From NCBI GenBank assembly GCA_003707115.1, contig PPNB01000005.1, positions 124,001 through 188,000 on the forward strand: DNA of 64,000 nt, written 5' to 3'. Shown here in pieces: positions 11,513 to 22,391 of this stretch. Source of the stretch: Tortispora ganteri (Eukaryota). Below the pieces are notes generated by a model. That model was not told where the DNA came from. It was given only the letters and a program-made list of their open reading frames with translations, and made no database searches. The position numbers were made by a program, and so were the translations under genes. Positions within the stretch are counted from its first letter, which is position 1, and every line of letters starts with the position of its first letter.

Positions 11513-12539
11513 TTACTCAAGAGACGAGGCACCAGTAATGATATCCACAAGCTCGTTAGTAATGACAGCTTGACGGGTGCGGTTGTAGAGAATCGAATAA
11601 GAGCCGATCATATCACTGGCGTTGTTAGAAGCATTGTCCATAGCTGAGCGACGGGCCTGGATTTCGCAGGCATGTCCTTCGACAAGTCCCCAGTGAATAA
11701 CATTGGCCAAAGAGAACTCGGCAAGGTTTCGGAGAACATCGTCTTCAATTTCATACTGGGACAACTCTTTGGAGGCAAGAATAGAGGTCTCGTTGTAAGC
11801 GTCAGCGACAGTGGGTTCAAAAGAGAGGGCACTCTTGAAGCCATTATAGACAACAGAAGTCTGAGCGTAGTCGGTTTCGAGTTTGGAAATCTCGTCAGCG
11901 ATAGCGAGAGACTCAGCGAAAGTAGGAATATCCTTACCGACATTTGAAAAAGACAGGACAATATCATTGCCTAGAGCAGCACCGAGTTTAGCCTTGGCTT
12001 TCTCGCCAAGAACGACAATGTCGAAATGTTCGGGGCTTTCGGCCTGCATTTGGCGAACCTTTTTGGACAATTGAGAGTGGACACCACCGCAAAGACCTTT
12101 ATCGGAAGAAGCAACAACAACAAGACGCTTGCCAACTGCGCCGTCTTCGGTAGCAGCGGCAGTAGTCTCAGCTTGCTTGTAGATTTCCTCGGAAGTCTCA
12201 CCGTATACACGAGACTCCGCCATGGCACGTTGCGCTTTGTTCAAACGAGTGGAAGCGACAATTTTCATGGTGTTTGTGATTTTCTCGATGTTCTTAATAG
12301 ATTTCAATCGAGTTTCAATTTCGCGAAGGGTTGCATATCCGCGCACATTGCGTCTATTAGAGGTTTGTTAGTAACAGGGGAACATTGCCAAAACATGTCG
12401 GTACCGTTTAAGGACACGAAGGCGGGCACTTGTACGGCAAAAAAAAGCCAAGAATATAATCAATTGACTATAAATATTTATTTGCACCCGCAATTTTACC
12501 AGGTACTTACGCTAAAGCAGGGCGAAAAGCAGCCAACAT
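11513..12539 (-). CDS. ATP3: Mitochondrial ATP synthase gamma subunit; exons 12539-12511 and 12353-11513
   Basis: ATLREIETRLKSIKNIEKIT...RQAVITNELVDIITGASSL. Splicing gives the presequence MLAAFRPALARNVRGYAT. Confidence 0.95.
12354..12510 (-). other. Spliceosomal intron of ATP3 (157 nt)
   Basis: GTAAGT donor, TACTAAC branch point, TAG acceptor; removal joins exon 1 in frame. Confidence 0.9.
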
Positions 12540-12964
12540 TTTCGAATTAACCGTGTGTTCGGAAAAGTGAAAATCTACTACGAAGCCGAACCACTCCGAT
12601 TGAATAGTGTTGTTACCCGGCTTTTTCATTCCAGCCTGGGTCAAGGGTGCGCAGTAACAGAGCGGAGAGCCAGGACGGCGTAATACGAGCGCCAAGGTCT
12701 GACAGTATATATGGAATATGGAGATGGGATACTTGATAGTATATGAAGAAGTCGTAGAAAATTATATATGTGCGGAATGATTGTAAGGGTGTTTAAGAGA
12801 GTGATTTGACATGATATGAGTGGAGAAATTCGGGGCACTTGAGGTGGTTCGTTACTATGCGAATATGCTATATCCAACGGTTCAAAGTCGACGAAGCTGT
12901 TCCCCCACATTATTGGTACGAAACAGAAAACCAACGCGCTAGATACGGCAGTAGGAACGCGAGA

Positions 12965-13513
12965 ATGTCTACTGTGCTGTTTAAGCTAGGGACACTTGCT
13001 ATCCGGACGCTGTCGAAGCCGATTGCGTCGTCTATTCAAGCTCGAGCGACGAAAAGCGGGCCGTTTCGATCCATATGCATCAATCTGGCGCAGGGTGTGA
13101 ATCGGACAGAGCATTTTTTGAGGAACAAGATAAGCGGTAAGAATAAGACGCCGATGCGGCCGTTGAACGATGCTAAAGCTATTGAAACGGGAGCGAAGTT
13201 TCTTTCGGAGACATTTTTGTTCTCTGTAGCGGGGACTTTAATCATATGCGAGAGTCTGAGGACACGGAACGCGAACCAGACTCGGCGGGATGGTGTAGCT
13301 GAGGACATTCTACAGCTTCAACAGGCAATTGCGGAGTTACGGCATGACCTGAACGCTATGCGTCAAGATCTGAACAACTCGGCTGCGTTCAACACAATGA
13401 CCAGCCTAGCGCAGCCTGTACGACCCGGGTATATCGAACAGCAAATATTGAAGGAACGGTCTACTAGCAAATACCGCGAGTCGAAGGAATTGCTGGTGGA
13501 AAAAGGTAAATAG
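12965..13513 (+). CDS. OPA3: OPA3-like mitochondrial protein
   Basis: Family motifs KLGTLAIRTLSKPIA and RPLNDAKAIETGAKFLSETFLFSVAG; start placed at ATG 12965. Confidence 0.88.
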   Translation: MSTVLFKLGTLAIRTLSKPIASSIQARATKSGPFRSICINLAQGVNRTEHFLRNKISGKNKTPMRPLNDAKAIETGAKFLSETFLFSVAGTLIICESLRTRNANQTRRDGVAEDILQLQQAIAELRHDLNAMRQDLNNSAAFNTMTSLAQPVRPGYIEQQILKERSTSKYRESKELLVEKGK

Positions 13514-13621
13514 AGACTAAAACTAGAGTAGATAAATCTAATAGATATTACTATTTTTCGTTTGGACTATTGGCCGATCAATGACCCTTTGGAGCGCAAA
13601 ATAACTTTAACGTTTGACTAC

Positions 13622-14326
13622 ATGGATCTCGATGGGGTGGTGTCGCAGATATACAAAGCTGCCGAATCTGATCAGCCAAATGAACGGTTTGAATCAATAA
13701 AAAGAGATGTGTATCAGATGGAATATGCGATCATGGATACAGATCTACATCCTGATTTGACCTCGCGTAGACCAGAGGTACTCGCGGCTTTGACGACGCT
13801 GAGAGCCACCAGGCTACAGGCGCACTATGATATATACGAACACTACCAAACGCAACGTCGATCGCGGGCTAAAGAGCTGAAAATTGCATATATGGATCAA
13901 CCCACCATGATTGAAGATGCTCATACAAATACCAAAGCGCGTACCAATCTAGAATACTCTGCGGCGGGCATGTTGGCTCAGGAAGCCACAATTAGTCTCA
14001 AGAGCGCGTTGCAAATGGCCCAACAGGAACTGCTAGTATCGCAAATATCGCTGCAGTCACTTGCACAGTCGACGGAAGACCTGTCCCGTGTTACCGCCAC
14101 CCATGACCACACATCTGTATTAACTGCTAATGCTTCGAGTCTGATTTCGAAGCTAAAGGTGAACGCCCTGTCGGACCGCCAGAAAGTGAAATTGTGTCTC
14201 TACTGGATGACTACTGTGTTTCTTTACATCGCCTGGTCCCGCATGAAGGCGCTGGCGTACACAGCAGCAGCCGGATTTGTCGCAATAGCATTGTTCTTCA
14301 AGCTACGAAGCTACATATACAAGTAG
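13622..14326 (+). CDS. SEC20: Sec20-family ER SNARE
   Basis: Coiled-coil SNARE-like segment (MAQQELLVSQISLQSLAQSTEDL...SSLISKL...SDRQ) followed by a C-terminal TM ending WSRM. Confidence 0.65.
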   Translation: MDLDGVVSQIYKAAESDQPNERFESIKRDVYQMEYAIMDTDLHPDLTSRRPEVLAALTTLRATRLQAHYDIYEHYQTQRRSRAKELKIAYMDQPTMIEDAHTNTKARTNLEYSAAGMLAQEATISLKSALQMAQQELLVSQISLQSLAQSTEDLSRVTATHDHTSVLTANASSLISKLKVNALSDRQKVKLCLYWMTTVFLYIAWSRMKALAYTAAAGFVAIALFFKLRSYIYK

Positions 14327-14362
14327 GACGGCGGCACGTCACATAATTATGACTACTGATAT

Positions 14363-15349
14363 CTAAGCATTAACTCCAGAAATGTAGAACCATTTGTCAA
14401 TGGACGGGTCGATGGGGTTAGGGGCATCGTTCGTAGCAGCAGGAATATCTACAGCGCTGACGAGGTAGGGAGAATCGGTGACCGCAGTGTTGGTCAGCGA
14501 AATTCCCTTAGAGTCCGCCGCTTTTCCGTGAATAAGACGGTTCCAGGCTTCAGAGCACTCGCGGATAACTTCCAAGGCGTAGGCACGGTTCTTACACTCG
14601 CCAGAAAAAGCGAACTGGTTCTCAGGCTTGCCATCGGGGATCTTGTAAATACGGAACCATTCGTTAGTAGCACGAAGCAGGCCAGGGAGGTGGCGCTCTA
14701 CGTCCTCGACGTCGTTCAGCTTGGATGCTAAGGGGTCCTTGACATCAATGACAATGACCTTCCAGTCGGTTTCACCTTCATCAAGGAGGGCCATGACGCC
14801 AAGGATTTTGACCTGCTTGACCTGGCCAGGGTAGCCTACGGTCTCGCCGATCTCGCAGACGTCGAGCGGGTCGTTATCGCCACGAGCCTTAGTCTCAGGG
14901 TGAATGCTGTTTGGGTCTTCCCATGTCTGCGGGAAAGCACCGTAGTTGTGAATGTATCCGTGGTGCGGGAAACAGTTGCGGACGAAGCGGAGCTTGCCCT
15001 TCTTCGTGTCCTGCTTAATAGGGTTGAGAGTTTCTTCTTTGGAAATCTCCAGCTTGGCGTTGGTCCAGCGCGGAACTTCAACGATCATGTTAGCGATACC
15101 ATTCTCCTTGTCGGCCCAAAGCGGGATATCGTGGAAAGCAGAGATTGGTTTTCCATCTTGTTCAATCCAGACACGGAAGTCGGTGGAATATTGAGGTCCA
15201 ACTTTTCTTACACCGTATGAAGAGCTCATTGTGCGTTTGTTTCCGGTAGTAATATTTGATTTTAAATGACCTTGAAGAAGATTGAGACGCAGCAAAGGTT
15301 TTCCTATAGCTATTTGTTTCAACAATGGAGTCGCAGTTTTTGTTAGCAT
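14363..15349 (-). CDS. IPP1: Inorganic pyrophosphatase; long form from ATG 15349 with presequence, short form from ATG 15229
   Basis: [47 protein letters not shown] motifs. Confidence 0.95.
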   Translation of the reverse strand: MLTKTATPLLKQIAIGKPLLRLNLLQGHLKSNITTGNKRTMSSSYGVRKVGPQYSTDFRVWIEQDGKPISAFHDIPLWADKENGIANMIVEVPRWTNAKLEISKEETLNPIKQDTKKGKLRFVRNCFPHHGYIHNYGAFPQTWEDPNSIHPETKARGDNDPLDVCEIGETVGYPGQVKQVKILGVMALLDEGETDWKVIVIDVKDPLASKLNDVEDVERHLPGLLRATNEWFRIYKIPDGKPENQFAFSGECKNRAYALEVIRECSEAWNRLIHGKAADSKGISLTNTAVTDSPYLVSAVDIPAATNDAPNPIDPSIDKWFYISGVNA

Positions 15350-15821
15350 TCTGCCTTCGGTGGTGTCGTTATATCTTGCAGATTCGTTTGTTGCCATGTC
15401 AACTTTATGGCGTCAATCCGTGTGATTTGGTGCAGTGCGGGGGAGGAAGTATGATAGACTGGGCCAAGTTGCGGTTAAACGAATTTCTAGGACTTTTCGA
15501 GGACGTTTAAAGAGTTCGGTGTGTGTCTATAGTCTGTATAGTAGCCAGAAAGACGCACTGTATCGTTTTATGGACGTCTATGTGGGTGCAGAGGGCGTAC
15601 GATGTACTCGATCTATCTATGGTACTGTATGTACTTTATGAGACCCAATTTATGTAGTTGAGGGCGCTGTGAAATGTAGAAGTAGAACTGTTACAATGAG
15701 ATTACCCCTGGGAAATAGATCACCAATAAATAAAATGGCAAAAGGGCGTTTGTGAGCGCTGGTGGCAGGTTGAAGACAGAGAGAATTCGAACGGCTGGGT
15801 CAGGTAATTACCAATACTTAT

Positions 15822-15831
15822 ATCACGTGAC
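15822..15831. promoter_or_regulatory. Cbf1/bHLH E-box ATCACGTGAC in the IPP1/TPC1 divergent promoter
   Basis: Matches the RTCACGTG consensus. Confidence 0.45.
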
Positions 15832-16106
15832 AGAAAGGCTACAGGTCGGCGTGGTGATGATCGTACCTACCCGAAGCGGAGGACGACCTTAGAGCGGTTT
15901 ATTAATAGATAGCAATGCGCTTTAGACGGATAATAATAGCTCTTGATATCTGGTAAAGAGCTAGAATTGTTACGCGGACAGGATCAGGGTGGTTCAATCA
16001 TTAGCGGCAGCAGACGTTAAGTGCAGCAAGTCCCAGAGACAGTCACTGTTAAAAAGAGAAAAAGAGATCACGCAAAAGATTTGTTTTAAAGTCACGGCGC
16101 GGTGTG

Positions 16107-17015
16107 ATGAAAAAAGACAATCATGTCGCAGCACATGCCGACATTGAGGCTTACGAGTCATCTTTTTGCGGGGCTATGTCGGGCCTGGTTTCACGGTTCT
16201 TTGTTTCTCCACTTGATGTGATCAAGATAACGATGCAATTACGTGCGGTCAGTGACCATTCATGTACATTATATTCTACAGCAATTGACATTTTTAAAAA
16301 AGAAGGTCTTACTGCTTTTTGGAAGGGTAACTTGTCCGCAGAAATCTTGTATTCGACATACGGTTTATCGCAGTTCTACACCTATGGTTTAGTGAACCGA
16401 GCGCTAAAGGATTTCGAGATCGGATCTACGTCTAACTTTTTGGCCGGATCGATCGCTGCGCTTTCGGCGACACTTGTCACTTATCCATTTGATTTGTTGC
16501 GGACCCGCTTTGTGGCTCAGTCGACCCAGAATAAAGCATACCACTCATTACGGCACGCGATCGCTTCTATATACAGACAAGACGGTCTGCAAGGTTTCTT
16601 CAAAGGCTCATCTCTATCGTTGATCACTGTATCGCCATACATGGGCATATTTTTTTGGACGTATAGTATGCTCTACGATATAATTAATGGCTCCTTTTTG
16701 CCCCCTGAAGCCACTGCGGGGTTCCTTGCTGGTGGATTTGCTAAAGCCGCAGTCTACCCGTTGGACACTGTTCGTAGATTTATACAAGTACAAGGCGCGA
16801 ACCAAACAAACTTTTCATCACATCCGAAACTGCACTCATATATGGATACAGTGCGTTACATTTTGAGAGAAAACGGTGTGCATGGACTCTATAGGGGCCT
16901 GCCTGTGAGTGTCATTAAGGCTGCGCCGGCGAGCGCGCTCACAATGTGGTCATTCGAGCTGTCCTTAACGACATTACGAAAGATTACAAGAAAACATAGG
17001 TCATTTGAGCCATAA
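16107..17015 (+). CDS. TPC1: Mitochondrial carrier, probably the thiamine pyrophosphate carrier
   Basis: Three PxDxx(K/R) repeats (PLDVIK, PFDLLR, PLDTVR); FWKGNLSAEILY and KAAPASALTMW resemble Tpc1. Confidence 0.8.
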   Translation: MKKDNHVAAHADIEAYESSFCGAMSGLVSRFFVSPLDVIKITMQLRAVSDHSCTLYSTAIDIFKKEGLTAFWKGNLSAEILYSTYGLSQFYTYGLVNRALKDFEIGSTSNFLAGSIAALSATLVTYPFDLLRTRFVAQSTQNKAYHSLRHAIASIYRQDGLQGFFKGSSLSLITVSPYMGIFFWTYSMLYDIINGSFLPPEATAGFLAGGFAKAAVYPLDTVRRFIQVQGANQTNFSSHPKLHSYMDTVRYILRENGVHGLYRGLPVSVIKAAPASALTMWSFELSLTTLRKITRKHRSFEP

Positions 17016-17078
17016 ATGAAAAATAAGCATAGCTGTTTACACCCGACAGTTATGTGGGCACAAGGCCTAGGCAAAGGT

Positions 17079-18557
17079 CTAGACATTCCACTCGACGTAA
17101 TCTGCCATTACCGAATCAAAGTCTTCGTACTCCGTCGGCACAGAGTTTCGCGGTTGTCTGTTAAATTCGGCCTCAATGAGGGTATGGTAAGAGTGGTCAA
17201 GAAAATCTTCAAGTACATAGTTCGGTTTTCTGAATGGTTCTTTGAATATGCGTGCCAGTGATGATACGTTCGGATGGTAATGCGACATCAAAGTATCGAT
17301 TTCCCAGAGCGATGATTCTAGCGCACCAGTTTTGTAAGGATCAGGTTCCTGAGGATCGTACAAGTCTTTACCGGAGTTCTCAGATGGCTCCGAAACATCT
17401 TGGATCATGATCATGCATGATGGGTGTCGTTTCAGTAAATTATAGATCATAGGCAAGATCGTGACAATAGCAGAAGGTGGAGCCGTCAATGACAATCTAG
17501 ATAATCGCTTAATAAAAGAAGCAACCATAGATGCAGATAAATGTGTAGAAGTCATAAACAGGTCAAACAATCGGAAGAAACGACTGCGGTAGCGAACAAT
17601 GAAAAGGTCTTCGTTCAAGAGTCCATAAAGTTTCTTGTAAAAGTCAGGGTACTCTAAATTGCGATCTTGCATTAATCGGAACAAACTGTTTAAAGCAAGA
17701 ACACTGACAGGACCACCAAAATCGTAAGCGGCGGTTAAAAAATCCATAAGAAGTTCAGGCGTAGTCATGTAAGGAATAATCTGTTTGTGTAGCACCCTCA
17801 AAACGGCTTTGTACTGATCTAGTCCTAAAGGCAAGCGCAGAACTGATATGTAAGCATTTTGAAATGCTTTACGGTGAGAATCAGGCTGTATGAGTTTAGA
17901 TGATTTAGAGGGTTCCGCTAGAAACCATTGAGGCTCTGCCAGCAGATCGTTAGGAAACCCTAGCGCTAGCAAAGACGAAAGAAACCATTCTGATAATGCA
18001 GCAGTATCACTATTGATATCTTCTCTGGCTTCTTCGGCAAGTGTATCTTCTTGAGTCCACATATAATACCGGAGATCATCATACGAATCAATTTGGTTCA
18101 AGAATGCGTTCTTCACTTCTTCCGGTGCTGATACCATCCCCTTTAACAGGCTTTGAAATGTCTTTGCAGGAAAGTAGTATTGATTTCTAACAGGTGCCAG
18201 CTCACAGCTCTCGAGCTTAAGAAGATCAAATGACAGCATGAGTCTGCTTTCATCGTTGAGTTTCGAATGTAAAATGCTTAAAAACAAACGGTACTTCTTC
18301 ATGAGCCATTTTGCTAGTGTTGACTGAGCATCTGAACCTTTTTTACCCGGTTTAAAGTGACCCTGCGTCATAATATGTGTAAAGCATTCTGTACAAGCGT
18401 TTTGCGCGAATTTGTTCGATCGCGATAACTCGATCAGCTGCGCTAGCTTGTTGTAATTCTTCACTGATCCGATTATATCCCGTTGTAGTCTCAATGCATC
18501 AGAAGATACAGTACTTATCCCCTTCTTAGGCGACTCTAAAGCTATACTTCTAGCCAT
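17079..18557 (-). CDS. NOC4: Nucleolar complex protein 4 (CBF/Mak21 domain)
   Basis: NLEYPDFYKKLY, STHLSASMVASFIKRLSRLSL, ALESSLWE, SHYHPNVS motifs. Confidence 0.92.
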   Translation of the reverse strand: MARSIALESPKKGISTVSSDALRLQRDIIGSVKNYNKLAQLIELSRSNKFAQNACTECFTHIMTQGHFKPGKKGSDAQSTLAKWLMKKYRLFLSILHSKLNDESRLMLSFDLLKLESCELAPVRNQYYFPAKTFQSLLKGMVSAPEEVKNAFLNQIDSYDDLRYYMWTQEDTLAEEAREDINSDTAALSEWFLSSLLALGFPNDLLAEPQWFLAEPSKSSKLIQPDSHRKAFQNAYISVLRLPLGLDQYKAVLRVLHKQIIPYMTTPELLMDFLTAAYDFGGPVSVLALNSLFRLMQDRNLEYPDFYKKLYGLLNEDLFIVRYRSRFFRLFDLFMTSTHLSASMVASFIKRLSRLSLTAPPSAIVTILPMIYNLLKRHPSCMIMIQDVSEPSENSGKDLYDPQEPDPYKTGALESSLWEIDTLMSHYHPNVSSLARIFKEPFRKPNYVLEDFLDHSYHTLIEAEFNRQPRNSVPTEYEDFDSVMADYVEWNV

Positions 18558-18764
18558 CAGGAAATGCCTCAAATTGAACTTGAAGCAATTTGTTTCCTCG
18601 ACAATGCAAGTTCGCGCTACCTTACACTACCTACCGCAATTAAGCTCATTTTTTTTTCTCTCTCGGTGGAGTTGGTTGTCATAACAACCAAACAACCTCC
18701 TAAAAAGCACCAAACGGCCTGTCTCCCTTTCCTTTCCCGATATAAGCCGATTACAGAAAAGAAG

Positions 18765-19649
18765 ATGCTTCGCGCTTTCAAAGGTAAGTGAAAGAAGTAA
18801 TTGCCGGGGAAATATATCTATGTTATGAAATGACGTTTCGCAATCGACCGAATTGACCAAAAGATGGCGTGTGAAGCGCTCAACGTGGATATTTCGCGAC
18901 AACCGCTCTGAGTACCCGATGACATGTAAAAAGTCCAGGTACTAACATCTACAGCAAATAGCAATGTCCTAAGAGTAGGTTTGAGAGCTGGAATGGGGTC
19001 AGTTACCGCTGTGCCGGTTATGACCCGTAGAATGTATTCCGCCGAACAAGACCCTAAGGCTAAAGCCAACGCCTTCATTGAAGCAGTACCGGGCTCTAAC
19101 TATCTGTCGAAAACCGGCATTGTGGCCACCGGAACTGCAGCCGGTATTTATGCCATTGCCAACGAATTGTTTGTTCTTAACGAAGAAGCGCTTATGCTCG
19201 GCACTGTTGTGTTCATTTTGACCTGTGTTGGCAAGTTCGGTGGCCCTGCTTATTCTGAATTTGCTAAGGGTTACATTGACAACGTAAAGAAGATTTTAAA
19301 TGACGCCAGACAAGCACATGCTCAATCTGTCAAGGATCGCATTAATGATGTTTCTCAATTTAAGGACGTTGTTACCACTACTGAGCAACTATTCGCAGTA
19401 TCTAAGGAGACTGCTAAATTGGAGGCTGAGGTTTTCGAGCTTAAGCAGAAAGTTACTACCGCACATGAAATCAAGTCTGTGCTTGACTCTTGGGTCCGCT
19501 ACGAGGCTTCTGTTCGTCAGCGCGAACAAGGTGAACTTGCTAAGTCTGTTATCGCTTCAATTGAGAAGGAAATTCAGAACCCTAAGTTCCAAAAGGACTA
19601 CCTTGCGCAAAGCGTCGCTGACATCGAAAAGCTTTTTTCTAAGGCTTAG
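18765..19649 (+). CDS. ATP4: Mitochondrial ATP synthase subunit b; exons 18765-18783 and 18955-19649
   Basis: DPKAKANAFI...KSVLDSWVRYEASVRQREQ. Splicing gives the presequence MLRAFKANSNVLRVGLRAGM. Confidence 0.95.
18784..18954 (+). other. Spliceosomal intron of ATP4 (171 nt)
   Basis: GTAAGT ... TACTAAC-ATCTACAG; the phase-1 join restores the frame. Confidence 0.9.
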
Positions 19650-19715
19650 GAAAGTCAATATTAAAGAGCAAATATACCACTCTTTATGTTTCATATAATA
19701 CCTTAAGATGTACGT

Positions 19716-20858
19716 TTAAATTGTCCTGTCGTAGTCCTCGAAGTTCGCAATCATGTGGTGTGAACATTTTAGCATCAGTTCATCATATTCCGGGTAAAAG
19801 CGCGCAAAATCCTTAAATGCACGAAGCACCTTTATCCAATGAGAGTCAGCATACCTTTCAGGGACCAAAGCCTTTTGGGCAATCCAATCCCAATCGTGCG
19901 TAACATTCACGGAATCGAGCAAAGAGGCATTCATTGTCGGTCTGATCCTCACCAGTATGTGTACGAAGTATATCCACAGGGTCTGCAAAATGAGCTTTTT
20001 GATACGGCCTGAGATATGCGGAAATACGCATAAACAAGCGTAAACCGAGGTGATTCCATGCAACAGAAAGAAATTGAACTGCGGGTCGCTTGTAGAGAAG
20101 AGTACCGACGTAGAGTAGGCCAGGTCTTTTAGTGCAGCATCAGGATTGGATACATCATATGCTTTATAATATTTTTCCATGATAGGTAGACTTTCATTAA
20201 ATTGAGCAAGCGTGACTTTCACAGCATGAACTGAGCTTTTAGTAATGGTGGAATCGTGCTGCAGATCCAAGATGAGAGAATAACTGTCACATTTAGAGTC
20301 TTTCAACGGCATCTGATTGTCCACTAGATCGACTATATAGTCAGTATAAGTAATTTCTCCACAAGCAGCCATTACTAATGCTTCACATGCGACTTCAAAA
20401 CTATCAAGCTCATAAGCATATCCCAAATGAATAACACCGTGGGCAAAACCACTGACTAGTGACGTCACGAGATCATCCCTATTATAGAGATTATGATCCA
20501 GAACTTTAGAGTAATTGTAGTTATTCTCAAATTCAGCCATTTTATCATCATAATAGTTTTTGAAACTTGCCTGGTATTTCACTTTGTGGAGCATTTTTTC
20601 GTAAGTGTCTTCAGTGACTTCATCTGGGACGCCTTGCCATTGGTCAAGGTCAGGCACAATTGCCTCGTAGATTTCCGTCAATTCGCTCGAAGAGGCACCT
20701 AATTTATATGCAGATCCAAGACTGTGTGGCATATGATTATGGAATCCATTAGGACCGTAATAAACCGTGTAAAACTCATGATTTGCTCGAAGAAGAGCGT
20801 TGAGCTTCTCTTTTGGTGTAAGTGGCTTCACCACTTCTTTAGATGCAATAACACCCAT
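19716..20858 (-). CDS. Questin oxidase-like / DUF4243 (HypA/MGS207-like) oxidoreductase
   Basis: GFHNHMPHSLGSAYKLGA, SGFAHGVIHLGYAYEL, FNFFLLHGITS, DSHWIKVLRA. Start at ATG 20858 or 20885. Confidence 0.8.
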   Translation of the reverse strand: MGVIASKEVVKPLTPKEKLNALLRANHEFYTVYYGPNGFHNHMPHSLGSAYKLGASSSELTEIYEAIVPDLDQWQGVPDEVTEDTYEKMLHKVKYQASFKNYYDDKMAEFENNYNYSKVLDHNLYNRDDLVTSLVSGFAHGVIHLGYAYELDSFEVACEALVMAACGEITYTDYIVDLVDNQMPLKDSKCDSYSLILDLQHDSTITKSSVHAVKVTLAQFNESLPIMEKYYKAYDVSNPDAALKDLAYSTSVLFSTSDPQFNFFLLHGITSVYACLCVFPHISGRIKKLILQTLWIYFVHILVRIRPTMNASLLDSVNVTHDWDWIAQKALVPERYADSHWIKVLRAFKDFARFYPEYDELMLKCSHHMIANFEDYDRTI

Positions 20859-21066
20859 TCTCGCTAATCTGTGCGCCAATCGCATACACAAGTTAACGTT
20901 TACTTGATCGTTAACAAAAAGACAAAAATATAGATAAATTACCAGTTCACAATTCACGAGATCGACAATGACCTGATATTTTCGTCAGAGATCGTCATTG
21001 TGTGTGAATGGATGATTTTAATAAGAGTATAAGAGAGCAGGGTAACTTACACACTCGACTATTAAA

Positions 21067-21990
21067 ATGAGAAAGATGAGTAAATTTATAGATATAGCGG
21101 TCAATTTGACCGACCCTATGTTTTCAGGACTATATTACGGTAAAGCTGTTCACTCACCTGATCTGTCAGCAGTTTTGCAGCGGGCAAGGGATTCTGGTGT
21201 TGTGAAAATGCTGGTTACAGGCAGCAATCTGACTGAATCACGTATAGCAAAGGATATAGCTGAGTCTAATGATCTAGGGTTTACAGTTGGCGTACATCCA
21301 TGTTGCTCTGCAGATATTATCAAAGAAGAAGGCTATATTAATGACTCGCAGTATTTTCAACAAGTGTTACTGCTAGCGAAATCTTCACCTGCAGTCAGAG
21401 CATACGGTGAACTAGGCCTAGACTACGATCGATTCCAATATGCAGACCAAGAAACACAAATTCGGATATTCAAATTGCAAATAGATATTGCTATACAACT
21501 ACAGTTACCACTTTTTTTGCATTGCAGGGCTGCATTTGCGGACTTTAAGTCTATACTGTTCCCGCGACTGCCTGAGCTACCTAGGAGCGGCGTGGTCCAC
21601 AGCTTTACGGGCACTAAAGAGGAAATGAAAGAAATAATAGATCATGGACTGTACATTGGAATCAATGGATGCTCATTGAAAACAGAAGAGAACCTAGAAG
21701 TGGTCACAGATCTGCCACTAGACAGACTAATGCTCGAGACTGATGCTCCTTGGTGCGAAATCAGACCGTCTCATGCTTCCGCCAAATATATTTCTTCTAG
21801 CTCATTCCCAAGTGTGAAAAAGGAGAAATATAAACTTGAATTGGACAAATCTGTTAAAGGCAGATGTGAACCTTTCTCTATTCATCAAGTAGCTGAAGTC
21901 ATTGCTAACGTTAAACGGGTTCCTTTGGCTACAGTCACTGAAGCTGCCTTTTTTAATAGCGCAAAGATGTTTTTTCCGGAATTACTATAG
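21067..21990 (+). CDS. TatD-family nuclease (TATDN1-like)
   Basis: IDIAVNLTDPMF, TVGVHP, GELGLDYDR, PLFLHCR, GVVHSFTG, ETDAPWC motifs. Confidence 0.92.
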   Translation: MRKMSKFIDIAVNLTDPMFSGLYYGKAVHSPDLSAVLQRARDSGVVKMLVTGSNLTESRIAKDIAESNDLGFTVGVHPCCSADIIKEEGYINDSQYFQQVLLLAKSSPAVRAYGELGLDYDRFQYADQETQIRIFKLQIDIAIQLQLPLFLHCRAAFADFKSILFPRLPELPRSGVVHSFTGTKEEMKEIIDHGLYIGINGCSLKTEENLEVVTDLPLDRLMLETDAPWCEIRPSHASAKYISSSSFPSVKKEKYKLELDKSVKGRCEPFSIHQVAEVIANVKRVPLATVTEAAFFNSAKMFFPELL

Positions 21991-22391
21991 ACTCTACAAC
22001 TAATAAGTTAGTTAGAAACAGCATTAATTGAGTAATATTGCACCAAACGTTACTGAGAACTCATTGTACGAATAGCAAAACTGAGTCGTTACAGATCATC
22101 ACAGGAACGCACAAAAAGAATACCTAAACAGACGAAGACTGTAACAGAAGAAAAATGTTAAGAAAAAGATAGATCCCATCCAATAAACGAACGAAAGTAT
22201 GCTAAAAATTGTATGTAGCTTTGATTGTTTATATTCTCCTCATCTTTCTTTCGTCTTAATTAAAGAGAAAATGACAAAGACAGAACACACGGAAACAATG
22301 GAATAGTTAACAAAATTCACACTATCCACAAAAGCATACTAAGCATTCAAAAATACTCTGTAACTATTTATGTACTCGTCCCATCAGTGGT

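Noticed and set aside
15780..15830. Possible TPP riboswitch upstream of TPC1 (GGTCAGGTAATTACC)
   Set aside because: Lacks the CTGAGA and CTTGAT core and the pairing stems; no flanking intron signals.
15850..15960. GTGATGA box C-like motif in the IPP1/TPC1 intergenic region
   Set aside because: No downstream CTGA box D at a suitable distance.
18820..18925. Possible box C/D snoRNA in the ATP4 intron
   Set aside because: CTGA is present but there is no proper RTGATGA box C, convincing terminal stem or recognisable rRNA guide.
20965..21001. Imperfect inverted repeat ACAATGAC...GTCATTGT between the questin-oxidase-like and TatD genes
   Set aside because: Only an 8-bp arm; plausible by chance.
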